DNA of 64,000 nucleotides from Octopus sinensis (GCF_006345805.1 NC_042997.1:13392001-13456000); one strand, 5' to 3'. Counted from the stretch's first letter, positions 1-13,025 are shown. Numbers and translations are program-made. The notes: generated by a model from the sequence alone, not told the origin.

Positions 1-56
<56 letters not shown>

Positions 57-397
57 CATAGATAGTTAGGTAGATAGATAGATATATGCACTCGCATGGT
101 AGTACATGTACAAGCCTACGGATGTGCGTATACATTTGTATATGCATATATACAAATGTATACGCATTTGTATATATGCCTATACATAAGCATGCACACA
201 CACACGCACACACATACACACACACATATGTGCTTGTGCATGTATGCGTAGATTTTGTATGAAAATGTTCTCGATTGTTAATATAACATACAGTCCCAAT
301 TTCCATTCTTTAGTTCGTTTTTTTTTTTATCTACGGTTATTTGATAATGTATATGTATTGGTGTGTGCACGCGCGCGTGTGTATACATATACATGCG

Positions 398-470
<73 letters not shown>

Positions 471-735
471 GTATAATATATATATATAATATATATACTA
501 TACTATATACTTATATATACACGCACGCACAAGTATAAATACGTACGTGTGTATGCATATGTATATATCTATGCACATATATTTACACACACGCATACAC
601 ACTCATACACACTCATATATATATATATATATATAATATATATTATATATATATATATTAGATATATATATAATATGTATATTTATATATGTATCATTTT
701 CTCTATAGATTATGTAATTCACTGCCTCATATAGA
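1..735. repeat. Compound (TA)n/(CA)n/(TACA)n microsatellite block
   Basis: Read directly; the YI/HT/CV-rich ORFs here are repeat translations. Confidence 0.95.
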
Positions 736-961
736 TTGAAGAGGAAATTTCTAATTAAGGAACCGTCTAATTAATTCGGTGACAATGTTTTAATGGCTCC
801 AAGCAATATCGTTTCTCTTTATAGAGGTGAGTTAAAAATATTCACCCTTTTTCCAATAGTATTGATTTAGATCTCACCAAGAGTTCACTAAGAATGTGTT
901 AGGCATCGATCAAATCACACCGTTACGCCTGAAACTAAGTTACCGTCCATTCCTTCACACT

Positions 962-1135
962 ACTAACACACACACTCACCACCACCACCACCACCACCAC
1001 CACCACCATCACTACCACCGCCACACACATACACACACACATGCATACATAAACATACACATACACATGCATACATACACATACACACACTCACATGTAT
1101 ACATACACATACACACTCACACATGTGTGTACATA
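962..1135. repeat. (CAC)n and (CA)n microsatellite
   Basis: caccaccac run followed by acac tracts; source of the poly-His ORF. Confidence 0.9.
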
Positions 1136-1660
1136 TATACATATATTGAATATTTATATATATAGCTACGTACATCCATTCATCTCGGATAATCATACAT
1201 ACATATCTGTGTGTGTGTGTGTGTGTCTGTAAATATATACATCTATATATATATATATATATTGCATACATATGCAAATACAACACGTGCATTTTCATTT
1301 ACGGATGCATATATATATAATTCATATATATATATTCGTACACACAAACAGGGATAGAGAAAGAGAAAGATAGTGAGAGAGAGCGAGAGAAACAGACAGA
1401 CAGGTGGAGCCGCAGACTGAGAAGAAAAGATAGGGAGAGAGGGAAAGAAAAGATGAGATAGTGAGAGTGAGCAAAAGTCACACAGAGAAACATATACTAT
1501 TATGTTCGCTATCAATATGAAAAACAAAAGAAAACGAACTGAATTAAGATTTTTCTAATTGTTTAATGTTTTGTTATTCACTGGAACAGCTATATATGTG
1601 TCTATATATTTACGATGCATATATCTATGAACATATGCATGTATGTATGAATGTATGTAT

Positions 1661-1735
1661 TTTTGCCAATAGAGAAAGAACCAGTTTCTAACCTAGATCC
1701 AAGACTCCTTCGTTGGAACAGCATCAACAGCAGCG
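1661..1735 (+). repeat. Short interspersed repeat family E (gccaatagagaaagaa...ctagatccaag), beside (ATGT)n
   Basis: Homologous to 3178-3280 (+) and 41272-41375 (-). Confidence 0.75.
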
Positions 1736-2300
1736 TATGTTTGTATGTATGTATATATGTGTGTGTGTATGTATGTATGTATGTATGTATGTATGCATTC
1801 AATGCATGTATGCTGGTATGTATGTATGTATTATGCAAGCATGTTTGTATGTATGTAATGTAAGTATGTATGTATGCATGTAGTATGTATGTATGTATAT
1901 ATGTCTGTATGTATTATGTATGTATGTATGTATGTATGTAAGTATGTATGTAGTCATGTATGCATGTATGTATATATGTATGTATGTATGTATGTAAGTA
2001 TGTATGTATGCATGTATGCATGTATGCATGTATGTATGTATGTATGTATGTATGTATGTATGCAAGCATGCATTTATGTATGTATGTATGTATTATGTTA
2101 TGTAAGTATGTATGTAGCATGTATGCATGTATGTATATATGTATGTATGTATGTATGTAAGTATGTATGTATGCATGTATGCATGTATGCATGTATTATG
2201 TATGTATGTATGTATGTATATGTATGTATGTATGTATGTATGCATGTATGCATGTATGTGAGTATTTGTAGATTTGTGTGTTTTATGTATGTATTCTCAT
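1736..2300. repeat. Degenerate (ATGT)n tetranucleotide array
   Basis: gtat/gcat repeats over about 560 bp. Confidence 0.95.
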
Positions 2301-2317
2301 GCATATCTAGACATATA

Positions 2318-2477
2318 GGCGCAGGAGTGGCTGTGTGGTAAGTAGCTTGTTTACCAACCACATGGTTCCGGGTTCAGTCCCACTGCGTGGTATCTGGGCA
2401 AGTGTCTTCTACTATAGCACACGGGCCGACCAAGCCTGTGAGTGGATTTGGTAGACGGAAACTGAAAGAAGCCCGTC

Positions 2478-2519
<42 letters not shown>

Positions 2520-2760
2520 TATATATACGTGTGTGTGTTTGTATGTCTGTGTTTGTCCCCCTAGCATTGCTTGACAACGGATGCTGGTGTGTTTATGTCC
2601 CCGTTAACTAGCGGTTCGGCAAAAGAGACCGATAGAATAAGTACTGGGCTTACAAAAGAATAAGTCCCGGGGTCGAGTTGCTCGATTAAAAAGGCGGTGC
2701 TCCAGCATGGCCGCAGTCAAATGACTAAAACAAGTAAAAAAAAGAAAAGAAAAGAAAGAA
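2318..2760 (+). mobile_element. tRNA-derived SINE family A (Octopus OK-like), full length with internal (TA)/(GT) tract
   Basis: Head ggcgcaggagtggctgtgtggtaag (A-box-like) and ggttcagtccc (B-box-like); tail ccagcatggccgcagtcaaatgact...aagtaaaa; about ten copies in the window. Confidence 0.85.
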
Positions 2761-2775
2761 TACTCATATATATAT

Positions 2776-3150
2776 ATATTAAATGATAAACTTCTGGAAA
2801 CTTTTACAGATTTTTATAGTGCTACTGATGGATTGGATCTGTAGTCTTCGAATTAGCTGTCCCCTTTCCGGTTTTGTGAAGCCTAATATCTCAAAGTTTG
2901 TATTTAGGCAGTGTGTTACATATCTCAGAGCCCCAATAATTACAGGTATAAACCTAAACTTGTAATCTGGATAGAATAACTGCAAAGTTCTCAATAGTTC
3001 AGCATAGGTGTTCTCATTTTCCTAATCTTCAGCATTATGTTAACATCCGCTGGGCAGCTAATTTCCACAACTGTGCAGAGTTTATCTTCTCTATCTCAAA
3101 TCACTATATAGGGAGTGTTGTGCTTAAATGTTATTGTCTTCACTGGTACA
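2776..3150 (-). mobile_element. 3' fragment of an RLE-type non-LTR retrotransposon (restriction-like endonuclease C-terminus)
   Basis: Minus-strand translation ENTYAELLRTLQLFYPDYKFRFIPVIIGALRYV; IPVIIGALG-like motif. Confidence 0.75.
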
Positions 3151-3177
3151 TTCCATTAATGCATGTATGTATGTATG

Positions 3178-3280
3178 TCATTATTCAGTCTATTTCAAGA
3201 TTTCTCGCCAATAGAGAAAGAATCGGATTCTAATTTAGATTAAAGGCTTCTTCATTGGAATTTCAATATCAACAGAGTAT
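3178..3280 (+). repeat. Repeat family E copy
   Basis: Shares gccaatagagaaagaa...ttggaa with 1661-1735; preceded by (ATGT)n. Confidence 0.7.
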
Positions 3281-3399
3281 TTTTGTTTGTATTTATGTAT
3301 GCATATATGTATGTATACATGTATGTATGTAATAAGATATAAATAATATATAAATATATGCATATATATATATACCTACATATATATGTATATAATCAT

Positions 3400-3573
3400 G
3401 CATATATGGGTACAGGACATCAAAAAACCTTGAACACAATGAGAAACGAAAACATATAAACAAAAATATAAAAACGAACTTTTTTTCAAACAACGAAAAA
3501 AACAGAGAAACGAGACATAAAATATAAAGAATATTTCCCTTCTTCAGTTGTCCCTGTTTCATTTACTCCGCGT
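3400..3573 (-). mobile_element. Non-autonomous repeat tail, Penelope pLTR-like (caaCTGAAGAaggg...gtcctgtaccc)
   Basis: Similar layout to 20190-20375 and 63165-63285; the Penelope assignment is inference. Confidence 0.45.
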
Positions 3574-3745
3574 AGGACTGTTTCAACGAAGTCGCGTCTT
3601 GTCCTTATCTTCGTCACGCGGAGTATATGTAACAGAGACAACTGAAGAAAGTATCAGACAGCATATTTTTATACTGTTTGTTCGTGTATGTGCGTGTACG
3701 TCTGTGACTGTGTATGTGCACGCTCGTTTGTGCGTGTATATATAT

Positions 3746-3867
<122 letters not shown>

Positions 3868-3959
3868 ATGAAAGGGAAATGGAATACAAGACAGAACTGT
3901 GGAAAATATGAAAACAAGCCTCAAAACTTTCTAAATATTTGCAAAAGAAACACCCACAA

Positions 3960-4645
3960 TTGAGTACAAAGTAAGACCATTGCCCCAAGTGAATGGCTCA
4001 CTGTTCGCGGAGCCCAACAGGGTAAATGAAGTGCTCAGTGTGTAATTCAAAAGTGTCTTCACCTCTTCACTTGGACATATGCAAATAGATAACCCGGCTG
4101 AGTTCTTTGATATTACAGCTGTGGAGAGGAAGGTTGTAACCATTAATTAGATGGATGGTCTGCATGGTAGATGTAACAACGATCTTAGATAAAATGAGCT
4201 GATACTCGACGACTTGTACCAATGATTCCGGCCATTCTCTTGAAGTCATGTAAGCAGGTTTCAGCGAAACTGCTTCAGATACGTCAGAGAAAAGTGTACT
4301 TCAGATACTTTTCATAGAAAGCCAAAAGAACGCATTATATGTCCTATCCATAAAGGCGTGATCAAAAATTAAAAATTACAGGTCCATCTCACTGACGTCA
4401 CATACCAGTGTAATAATGGCGTAAATCATTACGAAACTCCCCTTGTCAGAAGGAAACTGATAACGTTCCTAGAAGAAACTGATTTGCTGAACGATAATCA
4501 ACATGGTTTCCGTCTAGAAAGAAGCTGCCTATCACAGCTATTCGTTGCACCATGACAGGGCTTTGAAGCAGCTGCTCGACCATTCTAATGTCGTAATGAT
4601 ATATCTTGACTTTGCAAAGGCCTTTGACGTGGTTAATCACAGCAA
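3960..4645 (+). mobile_element. CR1-group LINE reverse transcriptase fragment (pseudogenised)
   Basis: Translates to LITFLEETDLLNDNQHGFRLERSCLSQL and MIYLDFAKAFDVVNH. Confidence 0.85.
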
Positions 4646-5537
4646 TACACTGAGCCATCTAATCAATAATGCGATTTTTTCAGTTGCATGAACTAAAAGT
4701 CTGAGATGGTCGGGATAAACTACCTTCGTAAACTTGCTATACAAGCAGGTAGTAATTATAGCTTGTACTTATTCTTAGTGCACGTTTGGAGAGTGCAATT
4801 CGATTTTAACAGTTATTTTTTTCAAAGCTATAATGAAAGACAAAGGAGCATATTCGGCATATTTTGCTTCGAGTTCAACAATAAACTCAACGGAAAGTGC
4901 GAGGAATATTAATGCAGTATATGGGGATCGGACAATTAATGTGATGCCAGTGTCAACGGTGGTTCCAGAAATTCTGAGCCGGAAACTACAGCCTAGAAGA
5001 TGAGCCTCGTTCCAGATGATCTATAGAGCTCGATGAGGACGTTCTGCAGGCCCTGGTGGAACAAAATCTCATCGTAACTGTTGAGGAACTTGCAGTGAAG
5101 CTTGGATTTGGTAACTCAACCATTCATGGACACCTGCACTAGAAGAAAAATGACCATCTTTGGTTTTAAGACGAAAGGTGTCTTCCTATCAGGGTAATGC
5201 TCGGCCACAGACTGCGAGGATGTCATTCCAGTTTGAATGGGAAATGTTGCCCCACCCACCATATTTCCTGAACAGTGCTCCATCTGATTATCATTTATTC
5301 CGCAGTCTTGAAAATCATTTGGACGGGAAAAATTTTAATTTTTTAGACGAGGTCAGTATAGGACTGGAGGAGTATTTTTCGTCGCGGACAAGTGAATTTT
5401 GGAAGAGGGACCTCGGAAGAGCATTGTAGGAAATGAAACAGAGTATATTTTGGATTAAAAATGAACTTTGTTTATCATAATTTTGAATGATATAAGAAAT
5501 ATTAAATAATCACTTTATTTATTGGAAGATCCAATAT
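4646..5537 (+). mobile_element. Internally deleted mariner (Tc1/mariner) transposon
   Basis: HTH remnant (NSTESARNINAVYGDRT) joined to QGNARP and HPPY..APSDYHLFRSL; degenerate terminal inverted repeats at about 4646-4680 and 5505-5537. Confidence 0.9.
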
Positions 5538-5945
5538 ATCCCAATCTGCAAGATCTTAACAAAACTCTCAAACTAGATAAGTCTTTATATGACTCCTTAA
5601 GGGTTAGTCACTCAGACTGTCGCTGTTGCTAGCTATGCCGATTATACAAAATTATCACAAGCAATAAAGAACCCTGACTATGCCGCAAGCTTGAATATTC
5701 AGGAGGGTTGATCAAAATTGCATGCAGTCTGATGCTAGAGAATTTCAAGTACTGTTCTATCAGCTCACAGTTGTACGGCATCCTCCATATACCGGACCCG
5801 AATGCATTGCATACCCAGAGGAACAGGCAATGGTCATCAATAATGCATCATTTCATGTGTCCATTATCAAGATGGCAACAAACTATAAATAATTGGCAGC
5901 ATAGATACTAAGGTCCTTCGGGTGTAGAGACCAAGGAGTCGCGCA
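5538..5945 (+). mobile_element. Continuation of the CR1 RT fragment
   Basis: ASYADYTKLSQAIKNP (YADD motif) downstream of the mariner. Confidence 0.7.
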
Positions 5946-5952
5946 GAGCTTG

Positions 5953-6489
5953 TAGAAGAAGAAGAAGAAGAAGAAGAAGAAGAAGAAGAGAAAGAAGAAG
6001 AAAAGGAGGGGGAGGAAGAAGAAGAAGAGGGAGAGGAAGAAGAAGAAGAAGAAGATGATAACGATAATGATGAAGATGGTGAACATCATGAACAACATCA
6101 TAATTAACAGGAAGAGGAAGAAGAGGAAGAAGAAGAAGAGAAAGAAGAAGAAAAGGAGGGGGAGGAAGAAGAAGAAGAGGGAGAAGAAGAAGAAGAAGAA
6201 GATGATAACGATAATGATGAAGATGGTGAACATCATGAACAACATCATAATTAACAGGAAGAGGAAGAGGAGGAAGAAGAAGAAGGAGAGGAAGAATAAG
6301 AAGTAGAAGGGGAAGAAGAAGAAGAAGAAGAAGAAGAAGAAGAAGAAGAAGAAGGGGAGAAGAAGAAGAAGAAGAAGAAGTAGAAGGGGAAGAAGAAGAA
6401 GGAAGAAGAAGAAGAAGAAGAAGAAGAAGAAGAAGAAGAAGAAGAAGAGAAGATGATGATGAACATCATGAACAACATCATAATTAACA
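5953..6489. repeat. (GAA)n/(GAG)n purine array with a duplicated unit of about 150 bp
   Basis: gaacatcatgaacaacatcataattaaca at 6081, 6228 and 6461. Confidence 0.9.
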
Positions 6490-8739
6490 ATATGAAAAAG
6501 TAGAAGAAATAGATATGAAGCAGATAATGAGCAAAGAAACTAATAATTGCTGATGAAAAAAAAAATATTAGTTGTCACCCAATTTCTTCACTAGCATATA
6601 GGTGCTCAGAGATCCATGTTTTAAGCAAAAATATGTGTGCGAATGTTCTCATACATGCACGTACCTACTACACTCATCTTCACCAAGCATCTACAAAGGT
6701 GAATAATTATTTCATTTCATTTTGTTCCCTCTCTTCCTAACCTCTCTCTCTCTTGCTCTCCCTCCCTCTTTCTCTTCTCTCTCTCTCTCTCTCTCTCTCT
6801 TTGTTTCATTAGAAAGTAATGCACGAAAATAGAATTTATTGACTAGCAAAATTGTTCACCCGAAATTATTCTCACCGCCAACACCACTACGTTAATATAA
6901 CTGATGCTTTTGTCATGACTTCAACAACAAACTCCACAGCTAGTCCCAGCACCATTGCTGTCAGCACTATTATCCGTTAACAACGCAAACCTTTTTATTC
7001 CACAGACAACCACATGATTGCTCCAGTGACAACCACTGTCACCGCCACAACACCACTGTCAGCACCACCATCGCCACCGGCAGCAGTCCCGCCATCATAA
7101 CAAGCCAGAGTTTTGTGGTCGCTTGACGCGCCTGAAATAGCATTGATATCTCCCTCAGATCACATTCCGGTATCTTTAAAAGAAAAGCAAAACATGTGAC
7201 GTGATGATTTATTATTTCATACACCACCCGAATAAAAGACCAGGTGGTCACGGTTTGACGTACTTGTGAACAGGTCTGCATGATGAGAAACGATTTGGGA
7301 AGCAAACCAACATCAAGAACGCCCACGGCAACATATTCTTCGATCACTATGAAACGTCTTTGGAGAAAACCAGCTGCATCATTGTCATTGCTGCCTTTTA
7401 GTCCAACCAATGAGACTACCCCGTCTAGTATAACAAGAGTAACCTGTATCCATAACAATAAGAAGCCCTGTATGTAAACGTTTTATTTGTTAACATAACC
7501 GCTAAATCGTCCTCAAATAGCAAGCTACATTTTTTAATTGAGGTACAGTGAACACTGGCGTATTAGATAGACTATATATGAAAAACGAAAGCTGGAGCAC
7601 TTTTTATCATACGTTTGTTCGATCAAGATAGATCTATGTCAAAAGAGTTATACTAACACCAAGGATGTAACCTTACCTGATGTATGGATTTTCCAGTCAC
7701 GAAATCGTTCTTTTATCGTAGAGGGTCAATGTCATTTTATATACACTATGTGTGGGAAAACGGATGGCCACGTTTACTTCTACTTTTTGGTTAGCTAGAT
7801 CGTGGCTATGAATGACAAAATAATTGGAACAATGACAACAAAAAGATTCTTACCTCAAGTACAATATTCTCATCACCATCACCATAGCAGTCAGAACATC
7901 ACATGTACTTCATCTAACGCCAAGACCAAAACCATCAAAATATTACTTCGACCACCATCATTATCGCAACTAACCTTACAGCCAGTAACAAAACAACAAG
8001 CACGAAACACCTGAGAGCCTCACCTTTATCTTGACCTTCATTATAATAGTCATTTATCATCTCTACAATTATCATCTCTAAGAAACTTAAGATCCCTTTC
8101 GCTAGCCATGAAGAAAGGCTATACACAATTCATCCACCTGCTAGAAATAGTAGCGAAAATCTACCTCCAATAATGAAACTAAATTATTTTTAAAGAATGA
8201 ATTCTTATAATGTATATCTGAAAACGGAATGAGAGAAAAATAAAGAACTTAAAGGTTACGAGTCAGATGCATTTGGTTATAGATCTTATTCAATGCTGAC
8301 ATTGGTGCCAAAACAACAACAACTACACAAAACATCGAACTGCCTACCGATACCACTACAACTATGTCTATCACTACAAACACCATATTCAGGAATGCCA
8401 ATATCTATACCCCTACCATGCTAAAAAACGCATTCACACACGTATACCACAATCAGCATTATAACATCACTACGAGCGGTAGTAACAACAACAGCAGCAA
8501 CAGCATCATAACTATAAGCAGCCATGTCACCAATGTAAAATTCTGACACTCTCCAATCTTATCCAGAAATGAATCAGCCGGTATTATTTAATCAAGATAG
8601 CTGTGAGAACAAATTTTTCATTGATGTAAAACTAGGGAGGTGATAGAAATCTATGAACACCACCGATATCGCAAATACCAATCACACATTCATTCGGCAA
8701 ACGGTAGGAACACATATATAAATATATGCATATATACAT

Positions 8740-8815
<76 letters not shown>

Positions 8816-9167
8816 ATGTATATATACACACAGTTGCATAAACACATATCAGTGCTTGATTCATTATGTGTGTATGTGTATTGAGAAACTCACACGCAAG
8901 TATGTATGTGTAGATATATATATATATGTGTGTGCGTGTGTGTGTGTGCTGGAGTGTAATATGTATAATTCCATGTGTATGAGTGTATATTTGTGTGTGT
9001 GCATATATACTCTATATGTATATATGTATGTATGTAAGTAACTGTAAGTAAATATGTTTATGCATAAGTATACATATACATTGTTTGTGTGTGAGACTGT
9101 GTTTTATGTATATGTATAATACACCACCAAACACACACGCACTTATTATATGTGTATGTGCGCTCCT

Positions 9168-9480
9168 GTGGAGGCACATGGCCTAATGGCTAGAGCAGCG
9201 GACTCGCAGTTGAGGGATCGCGGGTTCGAATCTCAGACCGGGCGATGTGTGTGTTTATAAGCGAAACACCTAAGCCCCACGCTGCTCAAGCAGAAGGTAA
9301 TGGCGAACTTCTGCTGACTATTTCGCCACAACTGTCCCCCCCCCCACTCTTTCCTCCTGCATCTTGCAGATCACCTGCTACGGACCGGCGTTCCGTCCAG
9401 GTGGGGAACCTATACGCCAAGGAAACCGGGAAACCGGCCCTTATGAGCCAGGTGTGGCTCGAGAAGGAACAAACAAAACA
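9168..9480 (+). mobile_element. tRNA-derived SINE, family B-type head
   Basis: gtggaggcacatggcctaatggctagagcagcggactcgc...ggttcgaatc (A/B boxes); tail gggaaaccggccc...aacaaacaaaacaa. Confidence 0.8.
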
Positions 9481-10173
9481 ATGTGCGCACATGCAGAGTG
9501 AGTGTGTTTTCGTGCAAATAAACACAAATATGACCACACGGTTAAGAAGTTTGCTTGGCAAACATGAGATCCTGTTTTCGATCCGACTGTTTAGCATCTT
9601 AGGAAAGTGTCTTATACTTTAGTGTCAGGTTAAGCAAAACATTAAAAAAAAACTGTAACAGAAATTCAAACGACCAACCTTTACAGAAACTGTTTATGCT
9701 GATTCTACATCTGGAATATGTTCACGAAACACGTCTATAAGGAATACGCAGCTGTTTGCTATGTAATTCAATGAGGGGGTAATTCTGTTGATCGAGAAAT
9801 TGGGATAATGTAATTGGTGATTGGGAGAACACTATTTAGTATATGTTTGTGTTTCTACACACACACACAAGCTCACACAAACACACACGCACACACACAT
9901 ACACATATGTGTCTGTATGTGAACATATACATGTATATTGATGTTTGTGTTGATGTTAAGATATAATAAAAGTAATTTTGCATTAAAGTGATGGATTACT
10001 CAATTTTTTTTTCTACTGTACATATATCTTAACAATAATAGTATTGACAGTGACTTTGAAGTTTAAGCATGCAAAACCATGATCGGAACTTGTATGTATA
10101 TAAGTTTCTTAGAAGAAAATAACCCCTACTTTGTACATGAGTGCATTTGTCTTAATATTTTTAATCGTCAAAA

Positions 10174-10480
10174 GCGGTGAGCTGGCAGAAACGTTAGAAC
10201 GTCGGGCGAAATGTAGAGCCGTATTTCGTCAGCCGTTTCGTTCTGAGTTCAAATTCCGCCGAAATCGACATTGCCTTTCATACTTTCGGGTTCAATTAAA
10301 TAAGTACCAGTTACGCACTGACTTTACGATCTGAGTTCAAATTCCGCCGAGGTCGACTTTACTTTTCATCTTTTCGGCGTCGATAAATTAAGTACCAGTT
10401 GTGTACTGTGGTCAATCTAATCGACTGCCCCTCCTCCTCCCCAAAAATGTCGAGCCCTGTGCGTAGACTAGAAAATAATA
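10174..10480 (+). mobile_element. tRNA-derived SINE family D with an internal 88-bp duplication
   Basis: gcggtgagctggcagaaacgttag head; tctgagttcaaattccgccga at 10242 and 10330. Confidence 0.85.
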
Positions 10481-10745
10481 TTTTTAATCCTCGGAAATTT
10501 AACGGTGGCTCATAGTCCAAACGTTTCGGATGTTGAACTTACCAAGGTAAATGTAAAGAGGACCAAAACGGATCAAAGGGCCTTCCCGAGTTGGAGGGTC
10601 ATAAGACCCGTTTTCCGAATTCTGTAGCGTATATATATATATATTGTCCTCCACTCCACTTGACGGAACGCAGTTATGACCGTTTTAATATGTATGCATG
10701 TATATATGCATGTATATATGTATGCGTGTGTGCATGCTTGTGTGT

Positions 10746-10781
<36 letters not shown>

Positions 10782-11168
10782 ATGTGTGTGTAATTAAGCA
10801 TTTGAACTTCGAGACAAAAATGGACTTAATATATCTGGTTTTATGCACCCAGCTAGGTTTGCCAATTATTTTACACAGAACGTGGTGGCACCAGCTGAAA
10901 GCTATAAGAATCAAATACGTTGTCTAAATATCCACAGGAAAATCCCTCTGCATCCGTGTTTTAACAACAGTAAGTAAATTAAGCAAACATTGATCTGTTT
11001 CTAAGTAAAATAAATAGACGATACATGTATTCATTTAACACATATTTTGCCTTATTTCTCACACGGTATTTCGTTTACGTTGTTAAATATATAAATACAT
11101 ACGAAGCTCAGTGCAAATAGGCACTGTATCTTCTAGTTGCAGAAGGTAAAATAATAATAATAATAATG

Positions 11169-11315
11169 GAAGAAGAAGAAGAAGAAGAAGAAGAAGAAGA
11201 AGAAGAAGAAGAAGAAGAAGAAGAAGAAGAAGAAGAAGAAGAAGAAGAAGAAGAAGAAGAAGAAGAAGAAGAAGAAGAAGAAGAAGAAGAAGAAGAAGAA
11301 GAAGAAGAAGAAGAA
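11169..11315. repeat. Uninterrupted (GAA)49 microsatellite
   Basis: Counted directly. Confidence 0.95.
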
Positions 11316-12859
11316 GATAGAATGAATTTATAAAAACTGTATTTACTTTCAGAGTATATCGTAGCAGTAATTAAACGGTAAAATCAACAAAAATCAAGCG
11401 CGTGGACAAACAACTACATACAAGGTGGTTGGGCAACAGGCTAGAAAGAATCAGCTATTGCAAGTCGAAGGATAATCGAAAAATTCAGAAGACCTTTGAA
11501 ATGAACCAAGACCGTTGTCAGTACTATAAAATATATATATAAAAAAAAAAGGCAAAGAAAGATGCATCAACTAGCTATCTGGAAAGGATGATGGATTACT
11601 TCGATCTAAAATATTCTAACGTTTCAGTGCCAGACAGTCACGAAAGCATTTCACATTCGTTGAGATATGAATAATGCAGTTATCCTTACCGATCATCAAA
11701 ATCACATGAAATAAAGGACATTAAAGAGCACGGCCGATATTTCAACAACAAAAACTATTGTAAAACTAAGGCGAGTGACAGACGCTTGTAGACAGAGTGA
11801 TTAATATAAACAATTCAAAATACAAATAAAAGCAAAGTTAATAAAACATCAACACAGTTTCTGATTCTAAATAGAAAAACTTCCAATGTAGCATTATTCT
11901 TAGTCGCTCCAGTTGCTGAGGAACACAAGAATTTTGAATTTTGAACGTTGACTGTCTTATATTGTCTTATCATTATCATTCATCAAAAACAGACTCCAAT
12001 CAAACATTAAAACAACGAAAATGGATGACCTGTCTCGAGACTAATGTTGAAACCTCCCAAAACAAATTGGATAATTAGATGCGATCAGCGAATGCGAAGT
12101 TACCTGCAGTGATTTTGATAAATTCTCTAAGGTGCACGAGAACTGTCAGTAGGAGGTAAGAATGGGTAATTTAATTGCCCTTAAACACGAACAACTAACG
12201 GAAGGTGAAATATTTCGCTATTGTAGAACTTTTAGTATTAAGTTGGGCCATCAGACGCACCTCTGCACTAAACCCAGAAGCGGTACAACTGAAGTATAAA
12301 AGGCCATCAAGTTTATGAAAAACCCTGCCCAGAATAATCTAGAGACATTTTTAAGTGCTACCTGTCGTATAGTACAAAAAACAACATAGACTAATGAAAT
12401 TAAAATAACCTACGACATGAGTATATGAGATTTCTGCTGATATCCCTCCCAAAATATATATATCAACAAAAGGTGTGAATGGTAAAAGATTTATTTATTT
12501 ATATATCTATATATTTCTTGCTTAATGACATTGCCTTTATAAGCAACGCGTGTGTACGTGGGCGTCAGCGTGTGTGTATTCATGTTTGGACATTCAAGTC
12601 CAGATGCTTCTCTTATTTTGGGTATAGCACCGATGAAATTACAATACAATGAGCCTCTTCGTTCCAATATCTCAAAACAATACGGAATAAGACATTTAAT
12701 TGACAATGAACAGTACTTCACACACTGCGGGGAAGGGGTAAATATCGGTCATAGTATCTGATTTACACAGAGCATTAGCCACATCACCACTGCTACTCGC
12801 CACCAAAAACTAAACTAAAATAAATTAATAAAATACTACAAGATAGATAGGATCATATA

Positions 12860-13025
12860 GACGCAGGCGTGGCTGTGTGGTAAGAAGTCTGCTTCTCAAC
12901 CACATAGTTCCGGGTCCAGTCCCACTCCATGACATCTCGGTCAAGCGTCTTCTACCATAACTTCGAGCCGATCAAAGCCTTCTGAGTGGATTTGGTTGAG
13001 AGAAACTGAAATCCCATCGCATGAA
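12860..13025 (+). mobile_element. SINE family A head (3' part missing)
   Basis: gacgcaggcgtggctgtgtggtaag...gtggatttggt. Confidence 0.8.

Noticed and set aside
244-2361. Numerous 60-155-aa ORFs rich in YI, HT, CV, MYV (also throughout 23-26, 30, 52-59 kb)
   Set aside because: They are translations of (TA)n, (CA)n and (ATGT)n repeats, which lack stops in several frames
7039-7477. Non-repetitive ORFs on both strands with possible splice sites (7274-7469 +, 7402-7469 +)
   Set aside because: No recognisable domain, competing frames and strands, no consistent partner exon
8566-8702. Good acceptor at 8565 and donor at 8703
   Set aside because: TGA TAG interrupts the only promising frame
11340-11530. 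Repeat-like segment with CTGACAA on the minus strand
   Set aside because: Core is degenerate and no GAAA or stem III follows; cannot call a hammerhead
12104-12142. 39-nt minus-strand microexon candidate (acag|...CAG|gtaact)
   Set aside because: Such site pairs are expected by chance in 64 kb and the peptide is unrecognised
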